Translations under genes and position numbers: made by a program | Part shown: positions 1 through 9,400 of the stretch, piece by piece | Layout of the letters: the number at the start of each line of letters is the position of its first letter | How positions within the stretch are numbered: the stretch's first letter is position 1 | The notes under the pieces: generated by a model | Told to the model about the DNA's origin: nothing | Databases searched by the model: none | The model's input: the letters and a program-made list of their open reading frames with translations, nothing else | IMG/VR virus record: IMGVR_UViG_3300027971_004105 | Reading direction: 5' to 3' (one strand) | Length of the DNA stretch: 64,000 bases | Source of the DNA: a virus | Taxonomy: Duplodnaviria; Caudoviricetes

Positions 1-1
1 T

Positions 2-784
2 GGCTCAGGATCTCGTATGTGTTGTTGTGGTGGAGGACTGCCCGGCAATGCAGGTGGATATTCAAGAAAAAGCATAGCAGTGACCACTGCCAACTTTGTG
101 TGTGGCTGTGTGGGCTTTCCCAGATATTCTCATGATTTATGTTTTTCAGGTTGCGGTGATCCCAGCACAGTGTGTTGGACCAGCACTTCTTCCAATGGTT
201 GCTTGTGTGCCAGAGGTGGCCGAGGTGGCACCAGTTTCTGCAGCACTGGTACCAGCATGTTCTGTTGCTACAGAGCCAACGGATTTTGTAGTTTTGGACC
301 CATCAACGACAACTGCGGCATTGTGTGCAATCATTGTTCAGGTGGTTGGGAATCACTGGCATACGGTGGTGACATCAACTGCTGCGGCACCATAGGTTGT
401 ACATCATTTTTAGGTTGCTATCCCACATGTCCTTGTCAAACACATCATCATGCTCCTCTGCCAGCCTACATATTTGCAGAAAAAGGCGCTAGAGTGAGTT
501 TTCAAACATCAGACGGACAAGCCAACACAAGTGGTATGTCAGGCAGTCAGCTGCCTGCTTATCTACAATCACTGGCAGCACTCAGCAAACAGCCTACCAG
601 AGGCACTTTCAACTCCTATTGTTGGGTATCAAACAGATCCTGCGGATGTTATGAGATGCAAGGATGTTCACCATTTTTACCCATAGGCGCAGGTGGTCTA
701 CCTCCACAACCTTGTCCAGATGTGAGAGATCATGGAATCAGAGGCGGCTGGGGTGGCATGCGTATCAGATTTATAGCAAGTTAA
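2..784 (+). CDS. Cys/Gly-rich putative virion (tail fibre-associated) protein, 5'-partial
   Basis: Frame is open from base 2 (GSGSRMCCCGGG...), so the gene likely begins upstream of the window; GGxGG repeats and very dense Cys; lies in the tail gene cluster. Confidence 0.65.
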   Translation, partial: GSGSRMCCCGGGLPGNAGGYSRKSIAVTTANFVCGCVGFPRYSHDLCFSGCGDPSTVCWTSTSSNGCLCARGGRGGTSFCSTGTSMFCCYRANGFCSFGPINDNCGIVCNHCSGGWESLAYGGDINCCGTIGCTSFLGCYPTCPCQTHHHAPLPAYIFAEKGARVSFQTSDGQANTSGMSGSQLPAYLQSLAALSKQPTRGTFNSYCWVSNRSCGCYEMQGCSPFLPIGAGGLPPQPCPDVRDHGIRGGWGGMRIRFIAS

Positions 785-797
785 TATAATATGTTGA

Positions 798-812
798 TAA
801 ATACACTAAATA
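798..812 (+). promoter_or_regulatory. Tandem TAAATA late-promoter-like motifs (798-803, 807-812)
   Basis: Core of the T4 late promoter TATAAATA, upstream of a GAGGA SD and the ATG at 830. Confidence 0.55.
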
Positions 813-829
813 GCACAGAGGAATAAAAT

Positions 830-1483
830 ATGATAAACAAAAATTTCACAATACCTTTGGCAGATGAGCCATATCTAGATACCACCACACAGAATAAAAC
901 ATACCCTGCCACCTACACAGGCCCAAGATATTTAAAAGTGTGTGTGGATAAAGAAACCAAAATAGTGGAAAGATATGTGGCTGGTGCTGACACCATGGAT
1001 GGCCTAAGTGCAATCATCGCTATTGAAGAAGCTGAAAAAATGTATCAAATTTTAAATGCAGAAACACACACATTTGAAGCTGCTTATCTCACAGGCATGT
1101 ACACCACCGGACCAGTGGAGAATTATACAGAAACACTGCCAACCAAAGATGCTGAAGGAGTGGATGAAACTTTTGAATATGTTTGGAACGACAACACAGG
1201 AATGATTTCACAACAGTATTACAACATAGATTTAAAATTTGTAAACGGAGCATATGTAAGACCTAGATTTAGAACTCATGCACTGACCAGAGCAAGTTTT
1301 TTAGCCAGTTTGGTTGTGCAGGCCACAGCAATTGAAGCTGCCATTGAAAGCAACGAAACACTGTCTGATGCAGACATTGCCCAACTGGAAACCTATGTGA
1401 CCTGGTTGAGAAATGTACCTACCAAATATGCAAATGTCAAGCATTGGAAAATTCCATTCAAAATCACAGTACCAATTTACTAG
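830..1483 (+). CDS. Putative tail fibre assembly chaperone-like protein
   Basis: C-terminal YVTWLRNVPTKY...WKIPF resembles the YRQxLRDxP motif of phage tail assembly chaperones; follows a fibre-like gene. Confidence 0.5.
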   Translation: MINKNFTIPLADEPYLDTTTQNKTYPATYTGPRYLKVCVDKETKIVERYVAGADTMDGLSAIIAIEEAEKMYQILNAETHTFEAAYLTGMYTTGPVENYTETLPTKDAEGVDETFEYVWNDNTGMISQQYYNIDLKFVNGAYVRPRFRTHALTRASFLASLVVQATAIEAAIESNETLSDADIAQLETYVTWLRNVPTKYANVKHWKIPFKITVPIY

Positions 1484-1519
1484 TCAAGAATAATTCACAA
1501 CAAAATCACTGTTGATATA

Positions 1520-1549
1520 TAATACTGTGTGTAAATTCGCACAGTATTA
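1520..1549. promoter_or_regulatory. Inverted repeat/hairpin immediately upstream of GT9 gene
   Basis: taatactgtg-tg-taaatt-cg-cacagtatta: perfect 10 bp arms, ends 5 nt before ATG 1555, overlaps a TATAAT at 1518-1523. Confidence 0.6.
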
Positions 1550-1554
1550 CATAT

Positions 1555-2499
1555 ATGAATAGATCCAAAGCATTTTTTTTAAACGGAGGTATTGGCCGAA
1601 TTTTGTGTGCTATTCCTGCACTGGAAAAATACGCAGAAGAATCGGGCGATAAAGATTTTTTAGTCATTTGCGAAGGAGCTGTGGACATACTCAAAGGTCA
1701 TCCCATACTGGATCAAAAAACCTACGATATTTTTCATAAAAATTTATTTCATTCTAAATTACAATCCAGAGAAATAGTAAGTTTGGAGCCTTATAGAGTT
1801 TGGGAATATTACAATCAAAAATGCAATCTATCTCAGGCTTTTGATATATTGATCAACGCCAAAGGAGTGAGGTCATTGCCCAAACCCACCATCCATCTCA
1901 GCAAGGAAGAAACTGCTCAAGGACAAAAATTGATGGAAGAAATCAAAGCAAAAATTAAAAAAGATAAAGCCATTGTGTTTCAACCATTTGGCAGAGGCGT
2001 AGAGCACATGGATAAAACTCTTTTGGATAAAACTGGACGCAGTTTTGAATACAAAGATGTTAAGAACTTGATACGAAAACTACAAAAAGAAAACTTTGCA
2101 GTGATACTGATGTCAGAATTTGGCATGGATCTTAAGGATCAAAAATACACAGATGATGTGGCCATGCCCGAAGGATTGAATCTAAGAGTGTGGACAGCAC
2201 TGATCAAACAAGCTGATCATTTCTTAGGCTGTGACAGTGTGGGTCAGCACTTGGCCTACATAGTAGGCACCACTTCCACTGTGGTATTGGGACCTACCTA
2301 TCCCGTCAATACCACTTATCCCGATTGTGACTATTTTAACATAATGGATATGGGAGAAATAGATAGGGAGTATGATCCAATTAGAATCACCATGGACGAA
2401 AGAATTGCTAGAAAAAATGAAATATTGATGTCTATGAACGAAGAGATTGAAGACTATGTGATCAACGGAGTAATGAGAAGAAATCAAGATGACAAGTAA
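1555..2499 (+). CDS. GT9-like (ADP-heptose:LPS heptosyltransferase-like) glycosyltransferase 1
   Basis: N-terminal GGIGRILCAIPAL and C-terminal HFLGCDSVGQHLA...STVVLGPT match GT9 GIGD..P and FIGNDSG.MHLA...LFGPT patterns. Confidence 0.7.
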   Translation: MNRSKAFFLNGGIGRILCAIPALEKYAEESGDKDFLVICEGAVDILKGHPILDQKTYDIFHKNLFHSKLQSREIVSLEPYRVWEYYNQKCNLSQAFDILINAKGVRSLPKPTIHLSKEETAQGQKLMEEIKAKIKKDKAIVFQPFGRGVEHMDKTLLDKTGRSFEYKDVKNLIRKLQKENFAVILMSEFGMDLKDQKYTDDVAMPEGLNLRVWTALIKQADHFLGCDSVGQHLAYIVGTTSTVVLGPTYPVNTTYPDCDYFNIMDMGEIDREYDPIRITMDERIARKNEILMSMNEEIEDYVINGVMRRNQDDK

Positions 2500-4303
2500 G
2501 CCTTCAGGTTATATTGCTGCCATTGCTAGAGGACACAATGCCGGAGTGTGTTTGTTAAAAGATGGCAACGTTGTTTTTTCCATAGAAGAAGAAAGATTAA
2601 GTAGACAAAAATATGATGGCGGACCTTATGCCAGCATGATGGAAATATTAAAATACACTGACAAAATAGATTATTTGATTGTGGCTCACACACAAAAACT
2701 CAAAGACACAGCAGGCAAAGTGGATTTTACAGGTGATGACGTGTACACTGGACTGGCACGTAAAATGGGATTGATTGATAGAACAGCTGATCCTCACAAC
2801 CATCCTCAAGTGATTGATCTCAGTCACATACATCACAAATTACATGCTGCATGTGCTTTTTACAGATCTGGTTGGGAAAGTGCTGTGTCGGTGATTGTAG
2901 ATGGTGCTGGAACATTCATTGGCATTAATAATAATATTCAAGGACAGACCACTGTTTGGGAAGTGGAATCAATTATAAATTGTGCATATCCTTCAAACTT
3001 TCATTCATTGTACAAACATTATGCCACTCGTGATGCTATGATTGGTGCAATATTAAAAAATTTTCCTTCGGACATTACTGACGAAGCTGGTAAAACTCAC
3101 GAAGCAATATTCAGTGACAGAGCCGGCATAGTAAAAGTATACGAAGCTGTGACACAATATTGTGGATTCCAAGCAATTGAAGCAGGCAAAACCATGGGAT
3201 TATTTCCCTATGGCAAACCCAATGATAAAATTCCGCAATTATTTGAAACTGAAGGAAAATCACCTTTGTCCAATAGAAATTTAATTGTACCAACCTACCC
3301 TAGTGCAGCGTTAGTGAACGCTCTTATTTTTGATTATCTGGAAGATGAAATAGGAAAATCTCATGATGATGTAACATTATTACAAAATCGTAGAGATTTG
3401 GCTTATGCTTGCCAAACACAAACTCAAGAACAAGTTTTAAAATTAATTCGTAAAGCAGTGTCCATGAGCAACAATAAGAGAGTGGTGTTGTCAGGAGGAT
3501 ATGGATTAAATTGTGTGGCCAACTATTATTATTTAGAACATTTGAAAGAAGAAGGAATTGAACTGTATGTGGAACCAACTTCCAACGATGCTGGCACAGC
3601 AATGGGTGCAGCATTGATGTTCTATCATCAGATATTTGCTGACAAAACTCCAAAAGTGCATAACACATTATACTTGGGTCCTATAAGAGAATACACATTG
3701 GCAGACATTGAAAAAAGAGCCAGCATCAGTGAAAATAAAAATGTTAAAATAACAGATGCCACACACAAAGATATAGTAAAACTTTTAAAATCAAAAAATA
3801 TAGTGGCCATGTTCCAAGGTAGATCAGAAAACGGTCCTAGAGCATTGGGCAATAGATCCATATTGTTTGACCCAACATTCAAAGATGGCAAAGATTTTGT
3901 AAATCTAGTTAAAAAGAGAGAATACTTCCGTCCATTTGCTGGAACTATATTGCAAGATGATGTGCATGAATGGTTTGATTTGCGTGGCATGAAAGATTCT
4001 CCGTTTATGATGTATGCTGTGAATTGTCAACCAGGTGTTGAAGAAAAAATTCCTGCAATTATTCATGTGGATGGCACTTGTAGAATACAAACAGTTACTG
4101 AAGAACAAAATAAACATTATTATGATTTAATTAAAACATTCAAAGATGAAACAGGTATACCTATATTATTCAATACTTCATTTAATTTGGGTGGTGAACC
4201 TTTGGTTGAAACTTTGGATGATGCATTTAGAACTCTAGAAAATTCCAAAATTGAATATCTATACTTGCCCGAGCATAAAAAATTAATACACATGCCGAAT
4301 TAA
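2489..4303 (+). CDS. O-carbamoyltransferase, NodU/CmcH/TobZ family, full length
   Basis: EEERLSR.K, HHKLHA, DGAG, GKTMGL, GGYGLNCVAN, NDAGTAMG (Kae1-like domain) and GPRALGNRSI, KKRE.FRPFA, HVDGT.RIQTV, NTSFN (YrdC-like domain). Confidence 0.92.
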   Translation: MTSKPSGYIAAIARGHNAGVCLLKDGNVVFSIEEERLSRQKYDGGPYASMMEILKYTDKIDYLIVAHTQKLKDTAGKVDFTGDDVYTGLARKMGLIDRTADPHNHPQVIDLSHIHHKLHAACAFYRSGWESAVSVIVDGAGTFIGINNNIQGQTTVWEVESIINCAYPSNFHSLYKHYATRDAMIGAILKNFPSDITDEAGKTHEAIFSDRAGIVKVYEAVTQYCGFQAIEAGKTMGLFPYGKPNDKIPQLFETEGKSPLSNRNLIVPTYPSAALVNALIFDYLEDEIGKSHDDVTLLQNRRDLAYACQTQTQEQVLKLIRKAVSMSNNKRVVLSGGYGLNCVANYYYLEHLKEEGIELYVEPTSNDAGTAMGAALMFYHQIFADKTPKVHNTLYLGPIREYTLADIEKRASISENKNVKITDATHKDIVKLLKSKNIVAMFQGRSENGPRALGNRSILFDPTFKDGKDFVNLVKKREYFRPFAGTILQDDVHEWFDLRGMKDSPFMMYAVNCQPGVEEKIPAIIHVDGTCRIQTVTEEQNKHYYDLIKTFKDETGIPILFNTSFNLGGEPLVETLDDAFRTLENSKIEYLYLPEHKKLIHMPN

Positions 4304-4304
4304 T

Positions 4305-5255
4305 ATGAACAAAGCATTTTTTATTAACGGAGGAGCAGGTAGAACATTGTGTTCAGTGCCAGCACTAGAAAATTATGCCAACGATAATCCCAATGATGAT
4401 TTTATTATTGTGTGTGAAGGTGGCACTGATTTCTACAAAGGACATCCTAAATTACATTTTAGAGCGTATGATGTTTGGCACAAGAATCTATTCAATGAAT
4501 ACTTAAAAGATAGACAACTGATAACTCCTGAACCATACAGGGTTTGGGAATACTACAATCAAAAATGTAATATTGCACAAGCATATGACATAGAGATTAA
4601 TGGCAAAGGACTACGCACATTAGAAAAACCCAAAATTTATCTTTCCAAAGAAGAACTGATCATGGCAAGACAGATGATTAAAGAAATAAAAGAAACCACT
4701 AAAAAAGAAAAAATAGTAGTGTTTCAACCTTTTGGTAGAGTATCTAAAAAAGACAACGATAGTTTTATAGATGTGAGTGGTAGAAGTTTTGAATTGGAAA
4801 ACATTATCAATCTAATTAGACAGTTGGGCAAACAATATGCTGTGATGGTGATGTCAGAATTTCCCATAGATTTTAGTAAACATCAGATAAATTTTCCAGT
4901 GGCTGTGCCTCAGAATATACATATAAGAATTTGGAGTGCTGTGATAAAAATGTGTGATCATTTCTTAGGCTGTGACAGTTTGGGCCAACATCTTGCACAT
5001 GCTTTTGACAAAACAGCCACAGTGGTATTTGGTTCAACATTTCCCAATAATGTTTCTTATCCAGACAATAATAAATTTGATATCATTGACATGAACAAAG
5101 ACAGTAGAATTTACAGTCCTATACGCATAACCATGGATGAATATGCTGACAGAGCCAATGAAGATGCTATGAAAATGGACAAAGAAGTGGAAAATAGAAT
5201 TATGCAATCTGTCAACAGCATGATCAAACACGGCTACAAAAAGAATAAAAAATAA
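4305..5255 (+). CDS. GT9-like glycosyltransferase 2 (paralog of 1555-2499)
   Basis: Shares KAFF.NGG.GR.LC..PALE, EPYRVWEYYNQKCN, VFQPFGR, DHFLGCDS.GQHLA, IRITMDE with the first copy. Confidence 0.7.
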   Translation: MNKAFFINGGAGRTLCSVPALENYANDNPNDDFIIVCEGGTDFYKGHPKLHFRAYDVWHKNLFNEYLKDRQLITPEPYRVWEYYNQKCNIAQAYDIEINGKGLRTLEKPKIYLSKEELIMARQMIKEIKETTKKEKIVVFQPFGRVSKKDNDSFIDVSGRSFELENIINLIRQLGKQYAVMVMSEFPIDFSKHQINFPVAVPQNIHIRIWSAVIKMCDHFLGCDSLGQHLAHAFDKTATVVFGSTFPNNVSYPDNNKFDIIDMNKDSRIYSPIRITMDEYADRANEDAMKMDKEVENRIMQSVNSMIKHGYKKNKK

Positions 5256-5279
5256 AATTATTTTAAGGTAAATACACAC

Positions 5280-5696
5280 ATGTTCAATGTAAACAACTTG
5301 TTTGGCAAGGGTGTAAAGAATACTCTACTGTTAAAAAATGGTTTAAATTTTTCAGTGGGAGGTCCTTTTACCAGTGTGCAAACAGACACATTAATAGATA
5401 GATGGCAATTCACATCTGTATCAGCTGCTGAGTACACCATGATGGTGGACTATGATACCAACAACAAAGAAATTATAAGATGTTTGCTGGTGGGTGGACC
5501 AAACGCTGCCACAGTGACCATATATGGTCGTGGAAATCTTGGCAATGAATTAATCACCCTTACTGCCACTGTAAACGATTCATATGTGGAGTTACGAGCC
5601 ACTGCTGCACAAGGTGCTGACAGCACCATATACTATGGTTCTAAATGCATCTTCCAAGCCACCTATTTCGAAACTCTTAATCCTATCACACGTTAA
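5280..5696 (+). CDS. Hypothetical beta-rich virion protein
   Basis: Clean ORF, TAAATA 5 nt upstream of ATG, within the tail cluster. Confidence 0.7.
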   Translation: MFNVNNLFGKGVKNTLLLKNGLNFSVGGPFTSVQTDTLIDRWQFTSVSAAEYTMMVDYDTNNKEIIRCLLVGGPNAATVTIYGRGNLGNELITLTATVNDSYVELRATAAQGADSTIYYGSKCIFQATYFETLNPITR

Positions 5697-5740
5697 AATA
5701 GCAGCTGGTTTTAGATAAATACACTAAAAACTAGACATTT

Positions 5741-6451
5741 ATGCCAGTAGTTAATAATCCATTAAAATCGTTGTATGGCTTTCAAAGTCCATCATTCAGC
5801 GTGAATGCTGCAGGCAATCTTGTGGCCAACAACATTACCACCAACAATATCACAGCCAACAGTATATCAGTGATTGATATTGACTCCACAGGCACCAGCA
5901 CTCTTACAGATTTATTGGTCACAGGTTCTACAGAATTGCAAAACACTTTGGCAGTGGATGGTGATTCCATTTTTAATTCCACAGTATCCATCACAGATTC
6001 AACTGCTGCCACTTCACTGGTAGCGGCTGCTTTGATTGTGACCGGAGGAGTGGCCATACAAAGCAATTTGAGAGTCAACAGCGATATCAACATAGGTCAA
6101 AATTTATTAGCACAGAACAATGTGCAAGCCAACAATTCTTTGGTGTCCAACAGTATCACCACTGTGGATGATGGCAGCACTTTGAGCGATCTCACCATTG
6201 AACCTTTGGGTGATGTGATTTTTAGAACTGCCAGTCAAAGTGTGGAAGTGGGCAGAATAGATGCCACAGGATCCAACTTGCCTGTGCAAAACACCACCAT
6301 CAACAATACCACCATAGGATTAACTGTGGCCAGCACTGCTGCTTTTGTCAGCGGCACTGTGGTGAATACTCCCACCAATGCAGCCAATATCACCAGAAAA
6401 GACTACGTGGATCGTACTGCTGTGGCTTTTGCTGTGGCTTTGGGAGCATAG
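5741..6451 (+). CDS. Putative tail fibre-related structural protein
   Basis: Thr/Asn/Ser-rich beta-helix-like repeats and C-terminal ITRKDYVD motif typical of fibre proteins; TAAATA at 5716-5721. Confidence 0.65.
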   Translation: MPVVNNPLKSLYGFQSPSFSVNAAGNLVANNITTNNITANSISVIDIDSTGTSTLTDLLVTGSTELQNTLAVDGDSIFNSTVSITDSTAATSLVAAALIVTGGVAIQSNLRVNSDINIGQNLLAQNNVQANNSLVSNSITTVDDGSTLSDLTIEPLGDVIFRTASQSVEVGRIDATGSNLPVQNTTINNTTIGLTVASTAAFVSGTVVNTPTNAANITRKDYVDRTAVAFAVALGA

Positions 6452-6485
6452 GTAAATACAATGTCTAAACACAACTCTGTAAAAA

Positions 6486-9400
6486 ATGGCTAAAAAACAG
6501 TTAAAAAATTTTATATTTGAACCAGGTATTGGCAAGGATGATGGTCTATATCCCAATGCTGCCACACTGGTACTGGCCAACAAAGCATTTTTACAACAAC
6601 AGGTTGTAGCATACATCAACTACAACATCGCCAACAGCATTGCACCTTATGTGGGATATACCTACGCTTCACAAAAATGTATCAGAGACGTGGGGTATTT
6701 CATAGACGCAGTCACACACGATTTAAGATATGGTGGCAATGTTAAATGTCGTCAGGTGGCAGATTATTTTTGGATAGACGGAGAACCTCAGATCCGAGGT
6801 GATGTCACACCAGAGACCACTGGACAGGCCTATCTGCGTGATATTATCAATCAATTCATACTGACCAAAACACCAGTCACTCCCACCTACGGCAATACCA
6901 CACCTCAGGTATTCACTGCAGGCATCAGCACAGAGAGTGATGCTGCCACTGCCAACATAGTGTTGTGGAATATTTTCAGCACAGTGATCACCAACGGTCC
7001 CAGTGCAATGCCAGCCAAGGTACCAGGTGTGTCTTCCATCAGAGTGATTGGACAGATTGATCCCGCCAGCATATTATTGATTACTGATGTGGATTCAGGA
7101 AATATCTTATACAGTTTTGCTGATCCTGCCAATAGTATTTCTGTGACCTATAAACAAGGACGCAGCAGCGGCGACGGCAATTTATTAAGTGATTTGGATT
7201 GGCCCACTTGGTGGCAGACCAGTGATTCAATCACCACCATAGACTTGAGTGCTGATACCAGCACACTCACTGTGGATTCTAATATACAATTTTTTGTGGA
7301 AGAAGCTGCACAAACAATCAGACCTTGGGAATTCGGCACAGATGCCATTGAACGTATGCGTGTGGCAGCGCCTCAGGCCATGTTGGATGCTGACTTTGAA
7401 TATGGATTACAACCAACCAAATGGCAGGCTCTGGGCACTTTGAGAATGTATCCTTCCACATATGAAGTACCTGGCAGCGATCTGACTGTGTTGAGTTGTG
7501 TTACTGATGCATCAGTGAACACTGGATTTTTTGGTAGTTCATTGATCACTGTGACCACTTCAGGAGTGCATGGATTCACAGTGGGTCAACCCATTTCTGT
7601 GAAAGGATTAAACAGCACTGTGTCAGGATTTGCCAGAGCAGAAGGATCTTTTTTAGTGTACAGTGTGCCTAGTTCTGTGAGTTTCACTTACTATGCCAGT
7701 GCTAGAGTAGGCACCAGCAACGAACAAAGTTTGTTGACTTCATTCATACAGATACGTCAAGCACAATTTTTCACAGGTGCTTCCATAGGTCAGCCCAGTT
7801 TTTCAGTGTTCACCAATGGTACCACACTCAGCATAGTCACTGCATTATTGGCCACCACAGGAGCCACGTCATTTGTTTACATCGGATCAGCACCTACTGT
7901 GGGTTCACCCATAACAGGTCCTGCAGAAATTCCAGTGGGCACCAGTGTGTCAGGCACAGTGGGCGCTGCTTCTGTGACCACCAATGTGTTATTGAACACT
8001 CTGGTCACTGACACTCAAATTAGTTTGACCAATCTCACTGGCATACAAACCAGCATGGCTTTGGACGTGGGCGGCACAGCATCCACCATCAACACCATAG
8101 TGGGCAGTGCATTATCATTGAGCAATCAATTGGGCGTGGCATACAAAGGTAGAGATGGTGTCAACAATGCTGTGACTGGCACTCTCACTGCTCCAGTAGG
8201 AGTAGGTGCACAATTTAATGTGACTCGCAGTGCTGGAGTATACACTTTGGTTCAAACTCCAGGAGCATCACCCACACCATTCAACTATCAAAAAGGTGAC
8301 AGATTAAAAATATTAGGCACCAGTTTGGGTGGCGCTACACCAGCCAATGACGTTAATATTTTAATCACTGCCGCAGGCACTGGTGGTGACATAGACTCAT
8401 TCACATTCACAGGCACTTCCATCTTGGGCGGTGCCACTTACCTCAACATAGGACACACCGGTTACACCGGCAGCACAGGCAGTGGATTTCAAATCAATGT
8501 CACCAGAACAGGTGGCACAGGCACATATTCTATCAGCTCAGTAGCAGCAGGCACTGGTTATGTTGTGACTGAACAGGTCACATTTGCAGGCACTCTTTTT
8601 GGTGGCACATCACCAGCCAATGACATTGTGTTGGAAATAGCTTCTGTGACTGGCACAGGCGATGTATTAACTTTCACACCAGTGGGCTCACCAGTGGGGT
8701 CATCAGGAGATGTCACTTATTCAGGCACACCAGCTCCCAACGTGTCACACTTGGGCAATGGAGCAGAATTTAACATAACCAGAAGCAATGGAGCATATTC
8801 AGTCACACTGAACAATGCAGGCACATTGTATGAAGAAGGCAACACAGTTGCAGTATCGGGCACCACACTGAATGGTGCTACTCCAACCAACGATGCCACC
8901 ATTGAAATCACAGGAGTCACAGGAGGAGTCATAGACACAATCACCATCAGTGGAGTGGGTTATGCAGGTGATTCCATCACAGTGTATCCTACAGTGAGCA
9001 TCAGTGAACCCATCACTGGCAACATCGCTGCTGGCACAGCTCTAAACGTGGGAGCCATTGCCACTGTACAAGTGGATTTTCAAGCTCCACACGGATTGGT
9101 TCCAGGCACCACCATATTGAGTCAGGTCACTTCGCAACCTGCACCAGAATTAGCATCCACAGCTAGAACCATCACAGGCAGCGGCACATGGTCTGTGGCT
9201 GCTCTGGGTGGAACTTTTGTGGCAGTGAGATCCGGTGCCACAGCCACACAGAGATCCACCAACGGACAAACTTGGGCAGCAGGCGGAGCATTGGATTCAA
9301 CAGCTTCATGGATTTCCGTGGCAGCTGGCAGAGTGAGTGGCGTTGATTATTTTGTGGTTATAGCTTCTGGCAGCACTTCTGCTGCTTGGTCTGTGAACAG

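Noticed and set aside
6461-6493. 10-codon upstream ORF (MSKHNSVKNG) overlapping the fibre start
   Set aside because: Only 2 nt from the TAAATA motif, too short to assess and expected by chance
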